A stretch of DNA of 64,000 nucleotides, from positions 4,153-68,152 of the forward strand of contig CAZCSD010000003.1 of the NCBI GenBank assembly GCA_964501235.1, read 5' to 3'. Both the position numbers and the translations under genes were made by a program. The DNA comes from an uncultured Polaromonas sp. Lineage in GTDB: Bacteria; Pseudomonadota; Gammaproteobacteria; Burkholderiales; Burkholderiaceae_C. The notes below the pieces were generated by a model. It had not been told where the DNA came from. It did no database searches and worked only from the letters and a program-made list of their open reading frames with translations. This document shows positions 39,167 to 47,331 of this stretch, piece after piece; position 1 is the first letter of the stretch, and every line of letters starts with the position of its first letter.

Positions 39167-40786
39167 ATGCAGTTTGATTTCAACAACCCCTACGGCAGCA
39201 CCCGCTTGCCTTTGTTTGCCCGCAATGTGGTCTCCACCTCGCATCCGCTGGCGGCGCAGGCTGGTTTGCGCATGTTGCTCAAGGGGGGCAATGCGGTCGA
39301 TGCCGCTATAGCGGCGGCGGCGGCCCTCACCATCACCGAGCCGGTCAGCAATGGCTTGGGCTCGGACGCGTTTTGCATTTTGTGGGATGGCCAGCGGCTG
39401 CACGGCCTCAATGCATCTGGGCCCGCCCCAGCCGCCTGGACGCCGGCCTATTTCGAGCGCAAGTATGGAGTCCAGCCGACGCCGCCCAAGCGCGGCTGGG
39501 ACTCGGTGACGGTGCCCGGCGCGGTGGCGGCCTGGGCCGCTCTGTCCGAACGTTTCGGCAGACTGCCCTTTGCTGACCTTTTGGAGCCGGCCATCGAGGT
39601 GGCCGAGCGCGGCTATCTGATCCCCGTGGTGGTGCAACAAAAATGGCAGGCCGCCACCCCTGAATTGCACGCCCTGCCCGGTTTTGCCCAAAGTTTTCTG
39701 CCTTGGGGGCGGGCGCCCAAGGTGGGCGAGCTGTTTCGCTTTCCGGCGGCAGCGCGCGGTTTGAGGGCCATCGCCCAATCCAAAGGCCGGGCCTTCTATG
39801 AGGGCGAGATGGCCCAGGCGATGGCCCGGTTTTCACAAGACAACGGCGGCAGTCTGACTGCGGCCGATTTGGCGGCTTACCGTCCGCAATGGGTGGAGCC
39901 TATCGCCAAGACCTATCGGTCCTACACTTTGCATGAGATTCCGCCCAACGGGCAGGGCATTGCGGCCTTGATCGCGCTGGGCATCCTGTCTCACTTCGAT
40001 TTGGCGAGCTTGCCCGTCGACAGCGTGGCTTCCCAGCATGTCCAGATCGAGGCCATGAAGCTGGCCTTCGCCGATGTTTATCGCTATGTGGCCGATCCGC
40101 GAAGCATGGAGCTCTCGCCTGAACAGATGCTCGATGATGCCTACTTGGCCGATCGTGCCCGCCTGATCGATCCGCGACGCGCGCAGAATTTCAAGGCGGG
40201 CAACCCGGTCAAGGGCGGCACCATCTACCTGAGTACAGCCGATGAGAGCGGCATGATGGTCAGCTTCATTCAGAGCAACTACATGGGCTTCGGTTCCGGG
40301 GTGGTCGAGCCGACCTTTGGTGTGAGCTTGCAAAATCGCGGCCATGGTTTCAGCGCCGATCCCGGTGCGCCCAACAGGGCCAATCTGGTAGCCCCCGGTA
40401 AGCGACCCTTTCACACCATCATCCCGGCCTTCCTCACGCGTGAGGGCCAACCGGTGATGAGCTACGGCGTGATGGGGGGCAATATGCAACCGCAAGGCCA
40501 TATGCAGACCCTGGTTCGGATGCTCGACTATGGCCAGAGCCCGCAGGCGGCCTGCGATGCGCCGCGCTGGCGTTTCAACGCAGGACTCAATATCAACGCC
40601 GAGGCAGGCATGCACCCCGACACGGTGCGCGGCTTGCAGGCGCTGGGCCATGAACTCGATGTGATCGAGGATTCCTACCAGGATTTTGGTGCCGGCCAGT
40701 TCATCTGGCGCGCCGGCGACCCGGCGGTCGAGGGCTATGTGGCGGCCAGCGACGCGCGTCGCGATGGGCAGGCCGTTGGCTTCTGA
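39167..40786 (+). CDS. Gamma-glutamyltransferase-family protein (cytoplasmic, YwrD-like)
   Basis: No signal peptide; GGNAVDAAIA, EPVSNGLGSD, PPNGQG, GGTIYLSTAD, QSNYMGFGSG, KRPFHTIIP, GVMGG.MQPQG. Confidence 0.9.
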   Translation: MQFDFNNPYGSTRLPLFARNVVSTSHPLAAQAGLRMLLKGGNAVDAAIAAAAALTITEPVSNGLGSDAFCILWDGQRLHGLNASGPAPAAWTPAYFERKYGVQPTPPKRGWDSVTVPGAVAAWAALSERFGRLPFADLLEPAIEVAERGYLIPVVVQQKWQAATPELHALPGFAQSFLPWGRAPKVGELFRFPAAARGLRAIAQSKGRAFYEGEMAQAMARFSQDNGGSLTAADLAAYRPQWVEPIAKTYRSYTLHEIPPNGQGIAALIALGILSHFDLASLPVDSVASQHVQIEAMKLAFADVYRYVADPRSMELSPEQMLDDAYLADRARLIDPRRAQNFKAGNPVKGGTIYLSTADESGMMVSFIQSNYMGFGSGVVEPTFGVSLQNRGHGFSADPGAPNRANLVAPGKRPFHTIIPAFLTREGQPVMSYGVMGGNMQPQGHMQTLVRMLDYGQSPQAACDAPRWRFNAGLNINAEAGMHPDTVRGLQALGHELDVIEDSYQDFGAGQFIWRAGDPAVEGYVAASDARRDGQAVGF

Positions 40787-41753
40787 CCCGCAGCGATCAG
40801 TCCCGCTTGCCGCGGGAGGCCCAGCCCGCCCGGCCTCGCAGCTGGCCCTGGGCTTGTTGCTGGCGGCTGCCGGTGCGATCGCCTTCAGCGGCAAGGCGAT
40901 CATCGTCAAGCTCGGTTACCGATACGGCGTCGATGCGGTCACTCTGATCATGTACCGCATGCTGTTTGCCTTGCCGTTTTTTGTGCTCATGGCCTGGTGG
41001 GCCGGTCGAGGCCAGGACCCGCTCGACGCGCGCCAGTGGCGCGGCATCGTTTTTTTGGGCGTGACGGGATACTACCTGGCCAGCTTCCTGGATTTTCTGG
41101 GGCTGCAGTACATCAGCGCGTCGTTGGAGCGCTTGATTCTTTACCTCAATCCCACCCTGGTCATGCTGATCTCCCTGGTCCTCTATCGCAAGCGGGTGGC
41201 TGCCCGGCAGCTGGCCGGCTTGATGATCAGCTATGCCGGTATCGTGGTGGTCTTTGGGCAGGAGTTGAGCTTGCAGGGCCCGGAGGTGGCTCTGGGCAGC
41301 GGCCTGGTGTTTGCGAGTGCCTTGTCTTACGCGCTCTACCTGGTCTACAGCGGCGAATTGGTCAAGCGCCTGGGCTCTTTGCGTTTGGTGGGGCTGGCCT
41401 CGACGGTGGCCTGCCTGTGCTGCATCGTGCAGTTTGGGGTGATGCGCCCACTCTCCGCGGCCGATGTGCCGTCGCAAGTACTGTGGCTCTCGGTGCTCAA
41501 TGCGCTGGCCTGCACCGTGGCGCCGGTACTGATGGTCATGATGGCCATCGAGCGCATTGGGGCGGCTCTGAGCGCCCAGGTGGGCATGATCGGTCCGATG
41601 GTCACTTTGGGCTTGGGGGCCTGGTTTCTCGGCGAGGCTGTGACGGCCTGGGTTTTGCTGGGTACAGTTTTGGTCTTGGCCGGTGTGTATGGGGTCACCC
41701 GCCAGCGCGATCGGCCCGACGATCGCCCGGTCGTCGGTGCACGGGACAGTTAA
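40764..41753 (+). CDS. DMT/EamA family transporter (start uncertain)
   Basis: FSGKAIIVKL.Y, GYYLASFLDF.GLQYISASLERLILY; about 10 TM segments. Confidence 0.86.
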   Translation: MGRPLASDPQRSVPLAAGGPARPASQLALGLLLAAAGAIAFSGKAIIVKLGYRYGVDAVTLIMYRMLFALPFFVLMAWWAGRGQDPLDARQWRGIVFLGVTGYYLASFLDFLGLQYISASLERLILYLNPTLVMLISLVLYRKRVAARQLAGLMISYAGIVVVFGQELSLQGPEVALGSGLVFASALSYALYLVYSGELVKRLGSLRLVGLASTVACLCCIVQFGVMRPLSAADVPSQVLWLSVLNALACTVAPVLMVMMAIERIGAALSAQVGMIGPMVTLGLGAWFLGEAVTAWVLLGTVLVLAGVYGVTRQRDRPDDRPVVGARDS

Positions 41754-41764
41754 AGGAGTTCAGG

Positions 41765-42553
41765 ATGGATCTGGGTATAGCAGGCCGTTGGGCTTTGGTG
41801 GGCGGTGCCAGCAAGGGTTTGGGCTGGGGGTGCGCGCAGGCGCTGGTGCGCGAGGGCGTCAATGTGCTTATCGTAGCCCGGGGGGCACCGGCGCTGGAGG
41901 CGGCGGCCGCTCAATTGCGCCAGCAGGCCAGTGGCGGCGCCCAAGTGCTCCCGCTGGCCTGCGATATCACCACCGTGGCCGGGCGCGAAGCCGTCTTTGG
42001 CCTACGGTCTGACTTCGATATCGTGGTCACCAATGCGGGTGGCCCGCCGCCCGGAGATTTCCGCAGCTGGGACCGACAGGCCTGGATCCAGGCCGTCGAT
42101 GCCAATATGCTCACGCCGATCGAGTTGATCAAGGCCACCGTCGACGGCATGGCTCAGCGCGGTTTCGGCCGCATCGTCAATATCACTTCCAGTTCGGTCA
42201 AGGCGCCTATAGACATTCTGGGGCTGTCTAACGGCGCGCGAAGCGGACTGACCGGCTTTGTCGCCGGGGTGGCGCGCAGCTCTCTGGCAGCCCGAGGTGT
42301 GACCCTCAACAACCTGCTGCCCGGTGCTTTTGACACCGATCGCCTGCGTGCCACCCAGGAGGCAGCGGCGGCGCGCAGCGGTCAGAGCGTGGAGGCAGTG
42401 GCCGCTGCGCGTCGGCAGGCCATTCCGGCCCAGCGCTTTGGCACCGCCGAAGAATTTGGTCAGGTCTGCGCCTTCCTGTGCAGCCTGCAGGCCGGCTATC
42501 TGACCGGACAAAACATACTGCTCGACGGGGGTACTTACCCGGGTACCTTCTGA
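41765..42553 (+). CDS. SDR family oxidoreductase
   Basis: AAGGAG RBS; MDLGIAG..ALV.GASKGLG, NAGGPPPG, GRIVNITS, LSNGAR, TGQNILLDGG. Confidence 0.9.
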   Translation: MDLGIAGRWALVGGASKGLGWGCAQALVREGVNVLIVARGAPALEAAAAQLRQQASGGAQVLPLACDITTVAGREAVFGLRSDFDIVVTNAGGPPPGDFRSWDRQAWIQAVDANMLTPIELIKATVDGMAQRGFGRIVNITSSSVKAPIDILGLSNGARSGLTGFVAGVARSSLAARGVTLNNLLPGAFDTDRLRATQEAAAARSGQSVEAVAAARRQAIPAQRFGTAEEFGQVCAFLCSLQAGYLTGQNILLDGGTYPGTF

Positions 42554-42559
42554 GCGACC

Positions 42560-43087
42560 TTAGCGGATGAACTGGTCGATATAGCCTTCGCCCAAGCCGT
42601 TACCCGCATAGTGACGCCGGCATTTGTCGATGCGTGTGAACACGTCATCGTAGCCAGTGCAGCGCCCGTCTGGGTCGACATAGATCATGGCCCCGTTGAC
42701 CTGAAACAGGGTGATCATCTCCTCCACCCCTGCATCGACGACCAGGGTGTGGGTTTCACCAGGCGCTTCGTAGACATACGATCCCTCCGTTGCCACCCAG
42801 TCATGCTCGAGGTAGCGCCAACGGCCCTTGAGCACGAAGCCGTGTACCGGTTGCGGATGGCGGTGGCGCGAGAGCACCCCCGCTCGTCTGACGCGCAGCA
42901 GGTTCATCCAATAGCCACGGCTGGCCGACAGACACAGCGGCCGGAACCAGACGTTGTCATCCACCGGCACCCAAATGCGTTCGTCTTGTGGGATGGCATG
43001 GGGCACCACCAACTCGGGGGGAGAGTCCTTGGGCATAGGCAGGCGGTAGGCTTGCCATTTCTCGTCAGGTGCGGCGGTGGAGTTCAT
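42560..43087 (-). CDS. Cupin, 2,4'-dihydroxyacetophenone dioxygenase (DAD) family
   Basis: IWVP....WFRPL, SRHRHP, GRWRYLEHDW, YEAPGETHTL (3-His cupin site). Confidence 0.82.
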   Translation of the reverse strand: MNSTAAPDEKWQAYRLPMPKDSPPELVVPHAIPQDERIWVPVDDNVWFRPLCLSASRGYWMNLLRVRRAGVLSRHRHPQPVHGFVLKGRWRYLEHDWVATEGSYVYEAPGETHTLVVDAGVEEMITLFQVNGAMIYVDPDGRCTGYDDVFTRIDKCRRHYAGNGLGEGYIDQFIR

Positions 43088-43127
43088 GCGATCCTTGCAA
43101 GGGGTAAGTGGCAGTTTGGGGTGAGAT

Positions 43128-43844
43128 TCAGGCAACCAGATAGCCGCCATCGACGGGCAGTACCACACCGGTGACAAAGGCAGCGGCCGGGCTGGCCAGG
43201 AACAGAACCGGCCCGGCCACATCGGCCGGCGTTCCCCAGCGTGCCATCGGGGTACGGGCGAGGATGGCTGCGCTTCGAGCCGGATCGTCCTGCAGGGCCT
43301 GGGTGAGCGGCGTGGCGATCCACCCGGGCGCTACCGCATTGACGCGGATGCCGTCGGGCGCGTAGGCGATGGCCAGGCTTTTGGTGAGCTGCGCAACGCC
43401 CCCTTTGCTGGCGCTGTAGCCGGGCACCAGGCCCCCACCGAAAAAGCTCAGCATGGAGGCCGTGTTGATGATGCAGCCGCCGCGGGCCTTCAGGCCCGCC
43501 CGGGCGGCGCTGCAAACCCTTTGGGTGCCATTGAGGTTGATGTCGATCGTGTCGGCAAAGGCCTGCGGATCATGCTCGGCCCCGCGCCGTATGACGCCAG
43601 CGCAGTTGACCACCACATCGAGCGGCCCCAAGCCTTCTACCCAGGCCTTTACAGCCGCGCCGTCACGCACATCGAGTGCATGGGCTTCAAGGCCATGAGT
43701 GCTGTGGGCGCGCTCGACCTCAGCCTCGGTGGCCCCGGTGACGAAGACGGTACCGCCGCGCTCGGCAAAGGCTTGTGCGATAGCCGCCCCGATGCCGCTG
43801 GTGCCACCGGTCACCACAATGCGCTGTTGCGTGAAATTCATCAT
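43128..43844 (-). CDS. SDR family oxidoreductase (KduD/FabG-like)
   Basis: TGGTSGIG, VNCAG, NTASM, catalytic YSASK, VNAVAPGWI.T, VDGGY. Confidence 0.9.
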   Translation of the reverse strand: MMNFTQQRIVVTGGTSGIGAAIAQAFAERGGTVFVTGATEAEVERAHSTHGLEAHALDVRDGAAVKAWVEGLGPLDVVVNCAGVIRRGAEHDPQAFADTIDINLNGTQRVCSAARAGLKARGGCIINTASMLSFFGGGLVPGYSASKGGVAQLTKSLAIAYAPDGIRVNAVAPGWIATPLTQALQDDPARSAAILARTPMARWGTPADVAGPVLFLASPAAAFVTGVVLPVDGGYLVA

Positions 43845-44800
43845 GTTTGGGCTCCACCCAGGGCTTGGAGCACCTGGTTCTTGTGCGGAATCGGATCGAC
43901 GGCCCCGTAGCCCTCGGTGGACAGGGCGGCGGCCACGCTGGCGTAGCGGCCCGCCTGTTCGAGGCAATCGCCGTCGAGCAATCGCGCGATGAAGGCGCCG
44001 CCGAAAGTATCGCCGGCACCGGTGGCATCGACCGGCTGACAGGGGTGCGGTGCGATGTGATGGCGCTCGCGGCCGTTGGCCACCAGTGCGCCTCTGTGGC
44101 CCAGTTTGAGGGCCACGGTCTGGGCCCCTTGGGCCAGGCAGTGGTCGACGATGGCTTCGTCGCTTTCCAGGCCAGTGAGCGTCACCATGTCTTCGTAGCT
44201 GGGCAGACAAATGTCGCACGATCTCAGGGCCTGGCCCATCACCGCCTGCGCCTGTGCCAACGGCCACAGCTTGAGACGCAGATTGGTGTCAAAGCTGACC
44301 CAGCGGCCAGCCGCTCGGGCGGCCTGCGCCATCGCCAAACCGGCATCGCGGGCGCTGTCGGAAATGGCCAGGCTGATACCCGAGAGATGAAACACGCGCG
44401 ACGGTGGTGCCGATCCATGGGTCAGTCCATCGCGCCCCAGGCGACTGGCTGCGCTGCCTTTGCGAAAGAAGTGAAAGTGATGGCCTGCGCTGTCATGGGT
44501 GACGAAATAGATCGCGGTGAAGGCGTGCTCGTCTGTGGCCACCCAGGCGTGATCAACGCCCTCGCGGGTCCATAGCTGGCGCAGCATCTGCCCATAAGGG
44601 TCAGCCCCCACTGCGCTGATATAGGCCACGCGCGCGCCCTGGCGTGCTGCGGCAATGGCAAAGTTGGACGTATCGCCGCCAAAGCCCTGGAAATAGCTGC
44701 GCCCGCTGTTCTCGCCGGTCTGGTTGAATTCGACCATCGGCTCGCCAAAGGCGACGATGTCAAAGTCCTTTTGATCCGGCTCGCTCTGGGGGGAGGTCAT
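43841..44800 (-). CDS. kdgK: 2-dehydro-3-deoxygluconokinase-like PfkB kinase
   Basis: FGEPMVEF, GFGGDTSN.AIAAARQG, FRKGSAAS, HLSGISLAI, SFDTNLR..LW, DATGAGDTF. Confidence 0.82.
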   Translation of the reverse strand: MTSPQSEPDQKDFDIVAFGEPMVEFNQTGENSGRSYFQGFGGDTSNFAIAAARQGARVAYISAVGADPYGQMLRQLWTREGVDHAWVATDEHAFTAIYFVTHDSAGHHFHFFRKGSAASRLGRDGLTHGSAPPSRVFHLSGISLAISDSARDAGLAMAQAARAAGRWVSFDTNLRLKLWPLAQAQAVMGQALRSCDICLPSYEDMVTLTGLESDEAIVDHCLAQGAQTVALKLGHRGALVANGRERHHIAPHPCQPVDATGAGDTFGGAFIARLLDGDCLEQAGRYASVAAALSTEGYGAVDPIPHKNQVLQALGGAQT

Positions 44801-44807
44801 GGTGTTT

Positions 44808-45707
44808 TTATCTTCGCGACGACACCACAATGCCGCCGACGATCATGATGAAGGCCACGAGGTGAAAAATCTGGGGCGCCTCACCGAGAAAGAAGGTTGA
44901 CAGTAAGGCTGCAAAGAGTGGGGAGAGATTGCTGAAGAAGGCGGCAATTTGTGGACCGGCCCTTTGTACGCCCATGCCCCAGAAGCGGTAGGCCAGCACG
45001 GCGGGCCCCACCGCAATAAAGACGATCGCGGCCACGACAGGCCAGCTCCAGAGAATCTGCGGCGAGCCCAAGGTCCACTCGGCACCTGCAAACAGTCCCG
45101 ACCACACCAGTCCGAACAGGATCTGTGCCATCAAAAAACCGGCCCAGTCGCTGCGCAGCTCGCTCGGTTCGTTCGGACGCGCGAGCATCCAGCTGTACAG
45201 GCTCCAGCAGAGGGTGGCCAGCAGCACATAGGCATCGCCGGGCACGAAGCGCAATTGCATCAGGACGGACCACTGCCCGCGACACAAGACCAGCACGACG
45301 CCTCCTATCGACAAAACGGCCCCCACCCACTGCCGGCCCGATATGGCCTGGCCGTGCAGCAGCCGCCCCAGCAGCAGTGTCCAGACAGGCATGCTGCCGG
45401 CTACCAGCGTCACGTTGACTGCATTGGAGGTGTGCAGGGCCATGTACTGCAGGGTGTTGTAGGCGCCAATGCTCAACAGCCCGAGCACGGCCAAGCGCCG
45501 CCAGTGGGGCCAGATGGGGCCATCGGGCCGCAAAAAGCGCCAAGCCAGGGGCAGCAGGATCACAAAAGCAAGAACCCAGCGCAGCAGATTGAGCGTCAGC
45601 GGTGGCACCTGCTCGTGAATCCATCGCCCCACCAGTGCATTGGCTGCCCACAGCAGCGCAGAGGTGCTGAGCATCAGCGCCGTGGTCAGGGACAGGTTTG
45701 GGCTCAC
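44808..45707 (-). CDS. DMT/EamA family transporter
   Basis: LWAANALVGR, PPLTL..LRW, YNTLQY.AL; about 10 TM segments. Confidence 0.88.
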   Translation of the reverse strand: MSPNLSLTTALMLSTSALLWAANALVGRWIHEQVPPLTLNLLRWVLAFVILLPLAWRFLRPDGPIWPHWRRLAVLGLLSIGAYNTLQYMALHTSNAVNVTLVAGSMPVWTLLLGRLLHGQAISGRQWVGAVLSIGGVVLVLCRGQWSVLMQLRFVPGDAYVLLATLCWSLYSWMLARPNEPSELRSDWAGFLMAQILFGLVWSGLFAGAEWTLGSPQILWSWPVVAAIVFIAVGPAVLAYRFWGMGVQRAGPQIAAFFSNLSPLFAALLSTFFLGEAPQIFHLVAFIMIVGGIVVSSRR

Positions 45708-45815
45708 CGTAGGACTGTAGCGCAGTCGGACATGTCAGGCGGTGGTCTGCGGATGGCCCGATTTCGTGCCAAGATGTCGGGGTATCCCAACAAATTCAAG
45801 CACAAGGAGATCGCA

Positions 45816-46811
45816 ATGAGCGCCACTTTATCCAAGACCGTCCGCATCGAAAAGTTTGGCGGCCCTGAGGAAATGAGGCTGGTCGATGTCAGCGTGGGTG
45901 ATCCGGGGCCGGGCGAGATCCGGATTCGGCACAAAGCGGTCGGACTCAATTTCATCGATGTCTACCAGCGTACGGGTCTCTACACCATGCCCTTGCCACT
46001 GAATCTGGGCATGGAAGGCTCGGGCATCGTCGAGGCGGTGGGCGAAGGGGTCACACATCTGAAGGTGGGTGACCGCGCCGCTTATGCCAGCCAACCGCCG
46101 GGCAGCTATTGCCAGGTGCGGGTCATGCCCGCTCGCTGCGTCTGCAAACTGCCCGAGACCATTTCTTTTGAAACGGGGGCGGCCATGATGCTCAAAGGCA
46201 TGACGGTTCAATACCTCTTGCGTCGTACTTTGCCGCAAGGCGGCCTGCAGGCGGGTGACTTTGTGCTGTTTCATGCCGCGGCCGGTGGTGTCGGTCTGAT
46301 TGCATGCCAATGGGCGCGCGCTCTGGGTTTGCAACTCATTGGTACGGCCGGTTCCGATGAGAAGTGCGCCTTGGCCCAATCCAATGGCGCTGCCCACGTG
46401 ATCAACTATGCCAAGGAAGACTTCGTGGCGCGAGTCAAGGAAATTACTGGCGGCAAGGGCGTGAAGGTGGTGTATGACTCGGTGGGGGCCGATACCTTCA
46501 TGAAGTCACTCGACTGCCTGCGGCCCTTCGGCTTGATTGCCAACTTTGGTAACGCCTCGGGCAAGGTACCCCCCTTTGACATCAATGTGCTGGCTGGCAA
46601 GGGCTCGCTCTATGCCACCCGACCGACCCTGTTCACGCATTTGGCCACCCGGGAGGCGACGCAGGAGATCGCAGACGACCTGTTCGGCATGGTGACCAGC
46701 GGCAAGGTGAAGATCCAGATCGATCAGAGCTTCCCCTTGGAGCGCGTGGCTGATGCGCACCGCGACCTTCAGGCGCGCAAGACCACGGGATGCACCATTT
46801 TGACCCTGTGA
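45816..46811 (+). CDS. qor: NADPH:quinone oxidoreductase (zeta-crystallin/MDR family)
   Basis: AAGGAG RBS; FGGPE, GLNFIDVY.RTG, HAAAGGVG, VVYDSVG, FGNASG, KGSL..TRP, RKTTG. Confidence 0.92.
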   Translation: MSATLSKTVRIEKFGGPEEMRLVDVSVGDPGPGEIRIRHKAVGLNFIDVYQRTGLYTMPLPLNLGMEGSGIVEAVGEGVTHLKVGDRAAYASQPPGSYCQVRVMPARCVCKLPETISFETGAAMMLKGMTVQYLLRRTLPQGGLQAGDFVLFHAAAGGVGLIACQWARALGLQLIGTAGSDEKCALAQSNGAAHVINYAKEDFVARVKEITGGKGVKVVYDSVGADTFMKSLDCLRPFGLIANFGNASGKVPPFDINVLAGKGSLYATRPTLFTHLATREATQEIADDLFGMVTSGKVKIQIDQSFPLERVADAHRDLQARKTTGCTILTL

Positions 46812-46845
46812 GGGACCGCCATCACCCCTGGGGGTAAGGCGGCGG

Positions 46846-47331
46846 CTATCGCGACCGTCTCACCCGCATCAGCTCATCGAGGATCAGGCAGGCAGCGCCC
46901 ACGGTAATGGCGCTGTCGGCCAGATTGAAGGCCGGGAAATGCCAGCCGGCCCAATGAAAGTCAAGAAAATCGACGACATGGCCGTGCACCAGGCGGTCCA
47001 CTGCATTACCGACTGCCCCGCCCAAAATACAGCTGAGCGAAAAGCAAAACAACCTTTGTGTCGGATGCGACTTCAGCAGGTAGAGGATCAAGACCGTGGC
47101 CGCGGCCGCGATGCCGGTGAAAAACCAACGCTGCCAGCCCGATGCCCCGGCTAAAAAAGAAAACGCCGCGCCGCTGTTATGCACCCGCACCAAGTTGAAG
47201 AAGGAAGTCAGGGCTTGGGCCTGTCCGTGCTCAAAGCGGCCCAGAACAAGCACCTTGGTCAACTGATCGAGCAAAAAAATCAGCAGCGCCAGCGACAGCC
47301 AGGGCAGCATGCTTTTGGACCCCTTGGCCAT
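46846..47331 (-). CDS. lspA: Lipoprotein signal peptidase II
   Basis: [39 protein letters not shown]. Confidence 0.96.
   Translation of the reverse strand: MAKGSKSMLPWLSLALLIFLLDQLTKVLVLGRFEHGQAQALTSFFNLVRVHNSGAAFSFLAGASGWQRWFFTGIAAAATVLILYLLKSHPTQRLFCFSLSCILGGAVGNAVDRLVHGHVVDFLDFHWAGWHFPAFNLADSAITVGAACLILDELMRVRRSR

Noticed and set aside
44949..45815. Apparent 620-aa fusion ORF ending in qor (similar N-terminal extensions at 40997, 43128-44267, 57031, 27921 and 6104)
   Set aside because: The extensions overlap other real genes; true starts are marked by an RBS, a coupled stop/start or a -10 hexamer next to the conserved N-terminus
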